Below are positions 14,345 to 27,534 of a DNA stretch of 64,000 nucleotides, in pieces (positions within the stretch are counted from its first letter, which is position 1; each line of letters starts with the position of its first letter). The stretch lies in the NCBI GenBank assembly GCA_047967505.1, contig CM106538.1; one strand, written 5' to 3'. This stretch comes from Dipteris shenzhenensis. Its lineage: Eukaryota. The notes below the pieces were generated by a model. The model ran no database searches and had not been told where the DNA came from. It was given only the letters and a program-made list of their open reading frames with translations. Both the position numbers and the translations under genes were made by a program.

Positions 14345-14453
14345 AGGGAGCACGAGAAAGAGAGGAGAGAGTGGGAGGGAGAGAAAAAGAGAGAGAGAGA
14401 GAGGGAGAGAGAGAGAGAGAGGGGCGAGAGAGGGGAGAGAGAGAGAGAGAGAC

Positions 14454-14546
<93 letters not shown>

Positions 14547-14590
14547 GGAGAGGAATGCAGCGAGAAAGTAGGCGATGCAATAGAGAGAAA
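13670..14590. repeat. Long compound (GA)n microsatellite, continued at 18127-18540 after a Copia insertion
   Basis: Direct reading; interspersed with short recurring units such as GTGTGGGAGAGGCGCA. Confidence 0.95.
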
Positions 14591-17500
14591 TGAGAGTGCT
14601 CTCAATGGAAGCAAGAACGGAATAGGGAGAGAGAGAAACAGAGAGCCACACAAGTTTGGTGGGTGCAGAACCACCCTAATCTTCTTTTTCATTCATTTAT
14701 ATATATGTGTTTGAGTATTGTACATAACCGGGGTTAAGGCACAGTGACCTTTAACCCCCACAACCTCCCACTTAAAGGACAATGTGCCTTTAAGAGAGAA
14801 CAACTAGTGAGCATACTATCCAATGCCCATCAATACATGACAATACTCAAACTGCTGACTAGGTAGACTCTTCGTCAGGATATCTGCAGGGTTATCATCT
14901 GTATGAACCTTGACAAGCTCTATGCGCTTGTCCTCAAGTACCTCCCTGATGAAATGGTACCTGACCTCAATGTGTTTGGTGTTTGCATGAAAGTCCGGAT
15001 TCCGTGCTAGCTGAATAGCACTCATGGAATCACTATGCAATGTCGGTACACCTATATGAATCCCCAAATCTCCCACTAGCCGATCAAGCCATATAGCCTC
15101 CTTGCAACCCTCTGTGACTGCAACATACTCAGCCTCTGTGGTAGACAAAGCAACGCACTTCTGTGCGCGAGACATCCACGACACTGCACCACCTGCAAAG
15201 GTCTCCTACTATCCACATGCCCTGCATAGTCTGAATCTGTGTACCCAAGTACATGCATGTCTCCTTTACCAAAGCAGATGCACATCTCCTTGGTACCCTT
15301 CATGTACCTCATGATGCACTTAACTGCCTCCCAATGCCTCTTTCCTAGATTAGCCACATACCAACTAACAACTCCCACTGCAAATGCAATGTCTGGTCTA
15401 GTAGCTATCATAGCATACATAAGACTCCCAACTACTGATGCATAAGGAACCTTGGCCATCATGGCCCCCTCCTCATCTAATTTGGGACTATCTGTATGAC
15501 TCAGTTTCACATATGGAGGCAATGGAGTACTCACTGCCTTCCCCCCCTCCATATTGAAACGCTGCAATACTTTTGTAACATACTCTTTTTGTGAAAGCCA
15601 AAGGAGTTTCCTACTCTGATCATGCGTGATGCGCATACCAAGAATATGACCTGCAAGTCCCAAATCCTTCATATAAAAGGCCTCATGCAACTTGGCCTTT
15701 AAAGCATCTAGCTCATAAGTATTCTTGCTAGCCAATAGCATATCATCCACATATAGTGCCAAGATTATCAGGCTATTATCCTTAGCCCTTTTAGTGTAGA
15801 GGAAGTGATCAATTTCACTCCTCCTAAAATCCTAAGACCAAATGAAAGCATCAAACTTCTGATACCATTCTCTAGGCGCTTGCTTAAGACTACAAAGTCC
15901 CACACTTCGCACCCCTGGCCAAAAGCATAGAGCCCTTTTGAATTTTCCAACTTTGAAAGCCAAAAGTTGTGTGAAAACTAGCATCATCTAGCTGACCCAC
16001 TGAAATAAGACTCTTGGTCAGCTTAGGCACATGTCTCACATGTTTCAAAACAAATGCAGACCCATTTGCAAAAGAAAACTTTATGCCACCTGCTCCCACT
16101 ATGTCACATGCATAGTCATTTCCAAGATGCACACAACTTGTCTTTCCACTGTCATAAGTGGAGAACCATTCCCTATGGGAAGTAACATGGAATGAAGCAC
16201 CAGAATCCAAAATCCAATCCTGGGAATATGCATCATCTGAAGTGGTAAGCAACTCTGCAGATAAACTAGACATGAAGAGAACATCATTGTCACTATCACG
16301 TGTGACTGCATTGATCTCCTCGGTCTTCACTTTTTCTTCACACGTGACTGCATTGATCTCCTCGGTCTTCACTTTTCCTTTGTCCTCCCTTGGACTCTCT
16401 TCCTTTTGATTTGCACCCCAATTTGCATTCTTTTTCTTATCCTTTTGCTCTCTTTTTAGCTTGTAGCAATCCTTTTTCATATGGCCCTTCTTGCCACAAT
16501 GGTAACACTCAATGTTCCGTGCCCTGGATTTGCTACGAGAATTCCCTCTTTCTTGGGACTTCCCCCTGAACAGTGATCTGCCCCTTTGCACATTTAAGGC
16601 TGCATCCTGCTTGTTGCCATCCATAGACTTCCGTCTAATCTCCTCGGCCAACAAGCTACCCACAACATCATCAAATTTTAGTACTTCACCAGGTGCAGAG
16701 TTACTAACAGCTGTACGGAAGGTATCCCATGAGGATGGCAATGAACATAAGAGAAATATTGCCTAAGTCTCCGCATCAAAATTCATTTTCTGAGCCTGAA
16801 GCTGGCTAAAAATAATATTGAATATATTCAAGTGAGAAGTAATGGAGACCCCTTCCTTCATCTGCAGCTCAAACAACCTCTTCATGAGGTAAACTTTATT
16901 AGAGGCAGTTTCCTTCTCATAAGTGGCACACAGTTTCTTCCACAAATCTTCCGTAGTCTGCTCATTTACTACTGTGAAATAAACTGACTCTGCAAGATGA
17001 AGTCTAATAGTAGACTTTGCTAATGCATCTAACTCATTCCAATCATCCTCAAACATATTTGCAGGCTTAGCTTCAATCCCTGCCAAGGGTTTAATCTACT
17101 TCTTTTGAATAAGCACATCTCTTATCTGTTCTTTCCACAAAGAAAAGTTTGTCCCATCAAACTTTTTAATGCTGAAAAACTCCTTTTCAGACATGGAAGA
17201 GGATGCCATGATGCAAATGAAACAAAATCCCAAATGCTAGTGCCTGCAAGAGAGAATCACACCAAATACCAGGTGCACCCAAATGTGTATGCCACAATAA
17301 AGTGAAATATCACCAAAATTCAAAGCTCAAAGCATCAAAAGATGCATCTGACTCATGTGCATATACTATGCATCCATATGAGCAAATCTGGCCCAAAAGA
17401 AAATGCCAATAAGTGCCAAATGACTCAAGCATAAACACTGTCCACTGGCATATGCATCAATAATGTCTCATCCGAGCAACATAGAAGTTTTAGGACCTCC

Positions 17501-18126
17501 TGAGTCTACCAGAACTAACAGATCTGCAAATGGTTGCTCCAAACTTGAGTTCCAATACTCGGGCAAAAAACGCAGGAACTGACACAGTGAGTCAGAAATC
17601 CAATGAAATGATCCCAGATTCAAGAATAAAGGTGTTTCCAAGCTCCTAAAGTTAAGTGGACACCAAAAGCAAGCAATAGTTGCCTCTACAAGTCAATACG
17701 GAGTCTCTGTCATCGAACGGAACAGGGAAAAGCTCAAAAAAACGACTTTCTTTGAAAGCTCTTAACAGGCTCTCAAAACCACTTCGCAAAGCCAAAGTGA
17801 CCTTTCCAAAGGTTCCTCTAAGGTCTCTGCACACTCGGATGCAAGTAAAGTCACCCACAATGCTTCCCACAGAGCTTCTCCTTCCTCCCATAGAGCTGCT
17901 GAGCTTCCAGCATTCACGCATGCTCAACTAGATCACTCGGGCTCTGATACCAGTTGAGAGTGCTCTCAACGGAAGCAAGAACGGAATAGGGAGAGAGAGA
18001 AACAGAGAGCCACACAAGTTTGGTGGGTGTAGAACCACCCTAATCTTCTTTTTCATTCATTTATATATATGTGTTTGAGTATTGTACATAACCGGGGTTA
18101 AGGCACAGTGACCTTTAACCCCCACA
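14591..18126 (-). mobile_element. Internally deleted Ty1/Copia element (172-bp LTRs; integrase and RT N-terminus missing)
   Basis: LTRs 14591-14762 and 17955-18126 (2 differences seen); TSD AGAAA (14586-14590, 18127-18131); PBS TGGTATCAGAGC (17941-17952); PPT 14763-14775; gag, knuckle and protease (CYHCGKKGHMKKDC, WILDSGAS) join directly to RT (LYVDDML) and RNaseH. Confidence 0.95.
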
Positions 18127-18242
18127 AGAAAACAAGAGGGGAGAGAGAGAGAGAGAGAGAGGGAAAATGAAGAGGAGGGGAGAGAGTAAATAAAGATGAG
18201 AGGAAACGGTAAGGAGAGGGGAGAGGAGAGGAAATAAAAAGG

Positions 18243-18294
<52 letters not shown>

Positions 18295-18699
18295 AAAAAG
18301 AGAGGGAGAGGACAGACGAGAGAGAGAGAAGCATACTAGTATGAGAGAGAGAGAGAGAAGAAGAGGAAGAGAGGAGATGAGAGAGATTGACAAGAGATGA
18401 AAAGAGAGAGAAGTATACTAGCATGAGAGAGAGAGAGAGAGAAGAAGAGGAAGAGAGGAGATGAGAGAGATTGACGAGAGATGAAAATTTAGAGAGGGAG
18501 GGAGCAAGAGAAAATACGAGAGAGAGAGATAGAGAGAGTAAGAATGAAAGAGTGTGACTCTTAGAGATAGAAAGTCTTAGCAATGAGGAGGAGAAATGAG
18601 TGGGCGACGATGGAGCGATAAAGGAGAGATGTTTTGATGAAAGAATTTGGGAGCTACGATCAATGAGGGATATTAGAGGAGAGATAGTGAAGGAGAATG

Positions 18700-19000
18700 T
18701 AAACGTGTGGAAACTTGCAAACAAAACTATCTACCTTGGGGTGTAATTTAGTCAAAACTTAAACAAACAAAACTATAAACCTAAGTTGGTGTTTGAAAAG
18801 AGAAACGTGTGGAAGCTTGAATTTCAAATTTCTCGCCTTTTTTTAAACTATGAATCCTTGTGTTTGAAAAGACAAACGTGTGGAAACTTGAAAATTGTGT
18901 GAAAAGACAACCTTGTGTTTGAAAAGACAAACATGTGGAAACTTGAAAAGTGTGAAAAGACAAACATGTGCTAAAAGGAAAACTTGTGGAAACTTGAATT
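18700..19000. repeat. Short degenerate tandem repeats (GTGGAAACTTG / TTTGAAAAGACAAAC)
   Basis: Motifs recur about 5 times each ahead of an extremely AT-rich tract (19000-19460). Confidence 0.7.
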
Positions 19001-19461
19001 TTAAATTTTCTTTTTTTTTTAAATTTCAAATGAGTTTCACTTTCATTTTCAATTTACTAGTTTAATTTCTCAATTAAAAATTTTGAAACATAGTAGAAAA
19101 AAATGCATTTTGTGTTGGAATATAAAAAGTATAATTTTAATTTTATCACATTTTTGAAAATTTTAAAAGTAGTTTAACTTACATTCGTATATTATTATTT
19201 TAATTTATTTCCTTTTAGGAAGAATTAATATATTCCTCTAGGTAAATAATAATTTTTTATTTTTAAGTCATATTTTCTTAATTTTATGTTTAATTTTTTA
19301 TTTTTTTTCATAAACTTTAAGTTAAATTAAATTTATTTATATTTTCAATTTTGTGATTTTAAACTAATAAGAATTTACTTTGTCAAAATTTAAACTTCTT
19401 ATGATTGTGAATTTTAAATTCTTATTGTTTTTAAGTTAAATTAATTTGAATTAAAAAAGAG

Positions 19462-19880
19462 TTTAGGGGTTTGGGTTTAAGGTTTGGGGACTAGGGGTTT
19501 AGGGTTTGGGAGTTAGGGCTTAGAGTTTGGGGTTAGGGGTTTACGATCTAGGGTTTGGGTTTAGGGCGTTAGTATTTAGGGGTTAGGGTTTAGGGTTTAG
19601 GGTTTAGGTTTTGGGGTTTAGGGCTTAGGATTAGGGTTCAAGGTTTAGGGTTTAGGGTTTGGGGTTTAGGGTTTAGGGTTTATGGGTTAGGGTTTAGGGT
19701 TTAGGAGTTTGGGTTTAGAATTTAGGGTTTGGGGGTTTAGGTTTAGGGTTTAGGGTTTTGAGGTTTGGGTTTAGGGGTTAGGGTTTAGGGTTTGGGGGTT
19801 AGGTTTTAGGGTTTAGTGGTTAGGGTTTAGGGTTTAGGAGTTTAGGGCTTAGGGTTTAGGGTTTGGGATTCGGCTTTAGG
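19462..19880 (+). repeat. Interstitial degenerate plant telomere-type array (TTTAGGG)n
   Basis: About 420 bp of TTTAGGG and variants (TTAGGG, TTTGGG). Confidence 0.92.
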
Positions 19881-20999
19881 AATGCTTCAACGCCGCCTGA
19901 TGGAATTTGCCATATGGATAGTTCGTACTCCAAGCTGCTGTCCTAAGGACCGGCTTCCATCACACGATAAGTTGTTCACTCTCGTCACCCCTGCGTGATC
20001 ATTTTTTGCTTACCGCGATCATCATACAAAAATCTTCGATGCCTCTCTTCCGTCCATGCACAGGCTATTACTCCCCAGGTGCTTCCAAAAGCCTGTCAAA
20101 CCATGCATGTAGCCTTGAAATTTTTAGTAGGTGCCACATGGCACCTACATTTCATTTTCCCCCATGCCTCTAGTGGGGCATTTTTAAGACCAAACCAATG
20201 GTCTAACTTAAATCCTAAGGGTCCTTTTCCCCTTTCTTGGACCAAGCCACAAATTCACCCTCTAAGGTCTTAATTCCTAGGGGCCCTATCCAAAAAGGAA
20301 AAATGCTGAATTTTTTGTGCTCTACGCTTCGTTACATCTTGCACACATTTTTGCACAAGTATCACACACTTTTGCAACTCAATGACAAATCCACTTCTTG
20401 CATGCACATCAGCCTCTACATCGACACATCTAACCTAGCACCTAAAACAAACAAACAAAAGTAATTATTTGCTATTTTTCCATCACTCAATGTTTGGTCT
20501 AGATCTAGATCATAGTACATTAGATCATCTATATCGGAGAGAACTCCAAAGCAGCCAATCGAAGACATGCCCAAAAATTCCTTTAAACTAGTTTCTACGC
20601 AAAGTCTATCCGTTTGGTCACATGCGGTTCACATCATTACATTCCTGAAACTCGACGTTCCACAATTCAATGAGTAGACTTTAGAGTTTTCAAAGGAATT
20701 GGTTGATTGATTGAAGGGAAGATTGCACATGATTTGATTTTACACACACCTGCCATCATTGTAAAGACTATTTGGCTATTTTCCAGCATTGTGCACATCA
20801 TTTAAACCTTGCAAAGCATCTTGAATATTCCCAGGATCGTTTGCCACAAGCCTTGTAATAGATTGGATTATATATTGTAGTTCCATCTTCACCAATAGTT
20901 CAAACTTCAGTTGATATAGATAGTGTTTTGCAATTGATTTGGACAGTGATTTCACAAGCACTTTAAGTACATTTCTTGCACCATGTCTACCACTAGCAA

Positions 21000-21920
21000 C
21001 CTCAATTTGGAGGCATCAACTAAGCTAGACAACTCCAACTATGACACATGGAAACACTGAATGGAGACCATTCTTGTACTTTAAGACAAATGGGAGTATG
21101 TTGATGGGTCTACACCTAGACCATTGGATGATCCAACCAACAATAGCTCCACTCCCATTGTTGCTATAGCACCAGGAGCGGGATCTACAGCTACACCACT
21201 AGTGTCCACACCTGTAGTAGATCTTGCCATTGTTGAAGCACAGGAAGAATGGGACAAGAAAGACAAATATGCATATCATTTGATCAAGCAGAATGTGCAA
21301 GATGTCATGCTAGGACAAATCAACACATTGAAGACATCAAAAGAAGCATGGGATATGTTCGTAGCTCTTTATGAGTCTATAAACCATTACAAGATTCTCA
21401 CACTGACAAACCAAATCGACCAGAGTTTTTACATAGAAATGAAAATGGGCATGATTATGTACTCAAAATTAAGGATTACAACATTCAACTCATAGTAGCA
21501 AGAGAGACTATGAATCCTACAGATATGGTTCAAGTCATCCTAAAAGGACTAGGAGTGGGATACAAGAACCTAGTCCAGAGTATTGCCATTTAATGGAAAA
21601 TTCCAACACTGGAAGAGCTACGGTCAGTTTTACTTAGTGAACAACTCAAGACTCAATACATTCACGCACACAAAGGTTATTCCAATGATCAAGCATTTAT
21701 AGCTTTAGATAGAAGGAGAGCTAGAGGTAGCTGATCATTTCAGCAAAGTGGTCATCAGCAGCAATGAAGTCATCATCAAAGTCAGCATCAGCATTATCCT
21801 CAATAGCATCAACATCAGCAACCAATAGGAAATCATTCCAATAGAGGAAGATTCCAAGGATAAGGGAATGCATTCACCAATGTGTCAAACATTTAGTGCA
21901 ACTATTGTCATAAGTTTGGA
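21000..21920 (+). pseudogene. gag: Decayed Copia gag
   Basis: EEWDKKDKYAYHLIKQNV...TSKEAWDMF (UBN2-type); degenerate knuckle near 21897-21920. Confidence 0.75.
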
Positions 21921-24863
21921 TCGGCTCCTTCAAGTTAGCATGGCAGTACATAATGTTGTGGATTCTGTTGCTGGAATAGAGGCTCAAGTATAGTGTCAAT
22001 ACTCGGTGGGGCTAAGTTAGGAATTGGACCTTGTGCTTGCTTCTCAGCCTCAAATTGAACTTGCTCCTTTTGTACCCATTGTTGAAGTGCCTGAAATTGA
22101 GCCTTCTCCACTTCTGCATTCACGTATAGAGTTTCTTTTATTTGAGGCTTGGGAACTGATGTGGATGAGCTTGGTTTCTCATTGCTTGGCGGAGGTAGAG
22201 GCACTTGTGCTTTCTGTTGAAGAAGTCATCTTGATTGAATTGGAATATTAGGGTCCTTGGTGGCCTCTTTTTGTTGGTGTGTAATTACATTCACAGGTTG
22301 TGATATTACACTTGCCGGCCCTACACTTTGATGGTCCACCCCAAAAATGTCAATTGTGATGTTAGGCTTAGCCTCAATTTATTATGGGACCTTATTTTTC
22401 ATGGGACAATCGATACAAGCATGGCCAATGCCACAATCTCTACAGAGTGGTTTGAAAGTAGCGGGGCTACCGTGCGATGAGGACACTCTATGATTCAGTG
22501 ATTATCTCCACAACCATAGCACTTGATTGGTGCTCGATATGTATTGGGCCAAACTTGATTCGCATAGACTAGTATTATACCTTCTACTCCTTCCACATAG
22601 TACAATGGGTACTTGTTAGCATGCAGAGCATGCAACATGTGCACCAGGTATGGGGGGTCCCAAGCCCCATCCCCTAGCCATGCAATGACTCTTTCTCCTC
22701 CCAGAAAACCTTGGGAGGGATGAGAGAGAGGGTTCAATTGAGCCTTTAATATCCAAGCCCCCAAGGGGGCACCAATGCATATGGGATTAGTCTCCCATCA
22801 AATTGCCATGTGTCCATAATGTGCTAGCTCCATACACAAACCATGCTCCATTTTTAGTCAACCGAGGGGTGAAGGCCACCACTTCCAAAAGTACTCAGCA
22901 TCATACTCGAATGGCGAATCCACCTCCTTGGCTTGAAGTTTTTGTATTAGAATTACCGGAGGAGATGGATTTGGCACTCTTGGATATGGTCGTGGATTTG
23001 GATTATTCCCAAGTAATTGCAAAACTTGGGTCTGGACGGGAACCAGTCTCGAAGGTGGGGGCACTTGTGCAAGTGTCGGTTGCATTTACATTAGTATGGG
23101 TGTAGGTTGGTATGGTTGAGGTCAAAGTGGGTTGTTGCGCATGTTGAAGATGCAACTATTTTCATCATGGCCATCGACTACATAGATATGGCACCACAAC
23201 CTTGGTGGTGGATTTGCTTGTGCAGTGATCCTAGCTCTTAGGACCGGGCATTCATTTGTTGTATTATTGGCCATGCAGTGTGGACATCATACATTTTCTT
23301 GCCATGGATAAGTCTGAGGTGGCGGCTGAGACATGTGAAGCTTTTATTCCATGGCCTGCATTATTTCTTCTTTTAGCTTCATGGTCATGGCCTCTAGGCG
23401 ATCTTCATTAGACATTTCAGTAGTGGACTTGATTTCCCCTTTTTAGAGTACTTATCTTGTGCACTGACTCTTCCATCATCACTACTGGTGTCAGAGTCAG
23501 TCATGCCATCCTCGATGTCAATGGTAGTTGCATGAGTAGCACTGAATGTTTTGTAACGGCTATTCTTTTTCATGTCTTTGTAGATTTCCTTCCTTAGGCC
23601 TGCAACGAACCAGGTTGTGAGGTACTTAGCATTAGGGCATGGGTCACACTTGGCAATTAAGCGTTTCATCTTGCCCAGGTATGCGCATACATCTTCTTGC
23701 TGACCTTGTTCAAGCTTGCTTAGTTGGAGAGCGGGATCATCTTGTAGTCTCTCCATTTGAAAGCGCCTCTTGAATTCTGTTTGCAATAGGTCCCATGTGG
23801 CTCTTTCTTCCACTAGGAGGTCCAGGTACCATTCTGAGGCTTCATCGGTTAAGGCCATGGGGAACCAGGCGATCTTGGTTTCATTTGGATTGATCTCCAC
23901 CAGCTCGGCATGCGGCATCAAAATGCTGTAGGAATCAGGCTGGATTGCCCCTACCATTGTATTTGTTTTTTGGGAAGTTTGAGTTTTCTTAGGGGCACCT
24001 GCCTTGATTGTTATTATTGTTGCCAAAGTTTTTGTGACGATGAAAGAAATCGTTCCCCTCCGCTTCAAGTTCAAGATCCCCATCATCGCGATGGCACTTG
24101 GCCATGTCATGTCGTGGATGAGTCAAAGGTATTTCTTGATTTTCAGGGGGGGTATTGGGGTAGAGGGTTATCCGAGGCATTGGTTAGAGTGTAGTTGCAT
24201 GCATATTTAGCAAGTGTAGTTGTTGGAGGCATTAGCTGGGGAGCGTAGTTGCATGCATATTTGGTGAGAGGTGGAACGGATGTCTCTCTTGCAAGTACAA
24301 GTGTTGATGTAATTGTGTTAGGGGGCTTAGATATGCATTAGTGTTGTAGGGAGTGATGTGTTAATCATGTGCCTAGAATTGTCCCATGTGTGTAGGGAAT
24401 GTGCCAGTGTAGATGGATCGTCAATCGGAGTTCACAACAAAAATTTATGAGCGAATTAGTGCAAAAAGGGGCCCACATGAAAAGGCACAAATTAATGAGT
24501 TATTGGGATTTCATAATGGTGTGCAAAGGGATGGAAAAATTCCCCATAGTGTGGTGTTTTTGTATGTGAAACCGTGGTTCAAATGGGGTCCAGTTTGGGT
24601 GCCAAATGGATGAGTTATGTGTGGTAAAGTATGGGGAAAATGATAGGGGGGGTTCCCTTTGTCAAAGGTGTGGTGTGAATGTTCCTAGGATTTTATTGGA
24701 ACTGAACTAGGGTTGGTTAGTCTAACTGGCTAGTTATCCTAACTATCTAGTTACTCTAATTGCTAGTTAGAGTAACTAAGTCAATTTAGTTAGCCTAATT
24801 AGATAGTTAGTTTCGTTGACGGTTAGTCCACCTAACTTAGCTATAGTTCACCTAACTAACTTA

Positions 24864-27534
24864 TGATGGGATATCTCAAGGTGTATGCCCCAAGCACACC
24901 TTGGTTTCTATGTGTGTGTGCTAGAGGCACAGTTAGGTGCCCATAAGCACTGTTAGTGGTGGTAGAAGCCACATAGGATGATTGAGAGAATCTAGGAAAA
25001 GATTGAGGAGATGATTCTGGAGCTCAGAGGTCATCAGTGATGTCAGTGATCATGTAAGAGGTGCCTACTTAAGGACCTCATCTTTTTTCATTCTACAAGC
25101 ATGAATTCTCAGTTTGTGATCACTCCATGCTTTCCTTTTAGTTCATCAACATGGTATCAGAGCCCTTTGATTCTCCTTGAGCCCTTTTGTGCCACATCCT
25201 TCTTCTTCTCCATCTTCTTCTTCATCTTCACCATTTCTTCCCTTTTCTCCCAAATCTTGCTAAAGCTTGTTCTCCTCTCCCTCGGTTCTGTGCCATTCTC
25301 CAAGGCCTTCCTACTGGAGATACCCCTCGTTTGGGCAAACTTCCACCTACATGCAATTAAAGAAAAGACGTCTCTGCTGGTCACCATTCCCCAAATAGCG
25401 CATTTTTTAATCATTTTTCTGTTGCAGAATACTCCCTGCTTGCTGCACCATTGCTCGAGCCCTCTTAGGAGTAGATGGGAGACTTTAAGACAAACATTTT
25501 AAGTCACTTTGCAGCCCATTTGGTTTAGTAACGAAGGAGAAAACGTCAAAACACAAGTTCAACCTATAGGAACTCCCCCGAGCGAAACAGCATGCCATTT
25601 CACCCAACCTCTATGCTGGATCTTCTCTGGTATATGAGCTTTATTTTGCTTCAAAAACCCCTATTTTCTTTTCTTTGAAGAGTAGATACAAGCCCTCCAA
25701 GTTCAAGCCTCTGTTTTGGATAGTTTTGACAAGGTTGTGAGTTTGATGCTACAGTAGATGCTACTTTAGCATTTCTAAGGTTTTAAAGAGTTCAAAAGCA
25801 TCGTGGCTTCAACTTTCTTTCAAGTTGCTTTACCTAGATTCGCTTGGAATACTTTCATTTAGTCACCTCTATGAAGCATGCAAGTGAAAGCATCATTGAT
25901 TTGTAGTATGGATTTTGGTTGCAAGCCTTTGCTACTCTAAATGCTTGTATTTTGAAGCTCTTCAACTCTTTCTAGCCTTGTAAGAGAGTAGACACTGCCC
26001 TTTCTGGGTAGCCATGAGAGTAGACCCTCTCATGGCTACCATCTTGAATATGGATAAGTTCAATGGTAAGGGCTTTCACACATGGCAGATGAAGGTTAAG
26101 TTTGCATTGATGAGGGAAAACCTCCGGGGGCTTGTCAAACTAGCTTCAACTTCTTCTTCAATAGCCTCCAATGCTGGAGAATCCTCAGCTCCGACATGCC
26201 CCACAAGAGATCCTGTTAGAGAGGAGAAAGCCTATGGCATCATTGCTCTTGCCTTAAGAGATGACTATATTCATCACATTTCTGATTTGGAGTTGCCTTC
26301 AGAAGCTTAGCAGAAGCTTGACATTATTTTTGGTGCTAGCTCTCACATCTCAAAATTGTCACTTAGGATTGCTTTCTTTGAATTGAAGATGGTTAGTGGC
26401 ACTCCTTTGGCTACCCACATCAATTACATGAGGAGTCTCATGACTCAACTTGCTTCTATCAACTCTCCAATCACTACAGATGATGCGATGGCAGTGTTGC
26501 TCAAGAGTATGCCTGAAGATTATGATCATGTTGTTACCACTTTGAAAAATCTTCCTAATCCTAATCTTGAAGGTCTTATTTCTGCTCTTCAACAAGAAGA
26601 AAGGCACATGGAACTCTGGAGAGGCAATGACGCAGCCTATGCCATAAAAATTCAGAAGGGCAAGTTTTCACCTTGCAAACATTGTGGGAAGACTAGTCAC
26701 CTCTCAAAAGACTGCTTCAAGATCAATCCATGCAAACACTATGGCAAAAACAATCACCATGAAAAGTTTTGTAGAGCCAAAAAGGAAGCAACTACAAAGT
26801 CAGAAACTGCCAATCTACTTTCAGTTGATGTGCCTCCACAAGATGAGGCATCCTATGAAGATTATGCTTTTTGAATCATCTCCATATATGCTCCAGATCT
26901 CCCTTTTTTATGTTGAGTCAAGGTACTTAGCCTGGATAGTCCTCCAAAATGAATGAAATAAACTATTGTGTTTTTTAAACACCTCTGGTCACCATATGAT
27001 GTAGGCCATGTGGATGTGTTTTGCTCCATGGTACCTCCTGCAGACATTGTGTGCATGTACATGCAGGGGAGATAACCATTGGAAGGTCTTTTGTATCCCT
27101 TTTGTTTACTTCACACCCTTGGGAACCCCTTGCTAGCATGAGAACCTAGCCATAGATTTATCCTTGACCACCATGAGATGGCATGAGAAACTATGAGACT
27201 AGATGTATGCTTGACATAGCCTGAGGCATTCCCTTGAGGGGGGGTATGATGGGATATCTCAAGGTGTATGCCCCAGGCACACCTTGGTTTCTATGTGTGT
27301 GTGCTAGAGGCACAGTTAGGTGCCCATAAGCACTATTAGGTGGTGGTAGAAGCCACATAGGATGATTGAGAGAATCTAGGAGCAGATTAAGGAGATGATT
27401 GTGGAGCTCATAGGTCATCAGTGATGTCAGTGATCATGTAAGAGGTGCCTACTTAAGGACCTCACCTTTCTTCATTCTACAAGCAAGAATTCTTAGTTTG
27501 TGTTCACTCCATGCTTTCCTTCAGTTCACCAATA
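24864..27534 (+). mobile_element. Non-autonomous LTR element encoding only Gag (TR-GAG-like)
   Basis: 288-bp LTRs at 24864-25151 and 27247-27534; TSD ACTTA (24859-24863, 27535-27539); PBS TGGTATCAGAGC at 25152; PPT GAGGGGGGG at ~27236-27244; no pol sequence recognised. Confidence 0.93.
26014..26874 (+). pseudogene. gag: Copia-type Gag with two CCHC knuckles and one in-frame stop (26308-26310)
   Basis: KFNGKGFHTWQMKVKFALM, LLKSMPEDYD, CKHCGKTSHLSKDC and CKHYGKNNHHEKFC. Confidence 0.88.

Noticed and set aside
13599-14714. Long SL/RE-repeat ORFs
   Set aside because: Translations of the (GA)n microsatellite; the same applies to 18098-18724 and 39680-40109.
19462-19880. True chromosome end
   Set aside because: The array is degenerate and flanked by 44 kb of further sequence.
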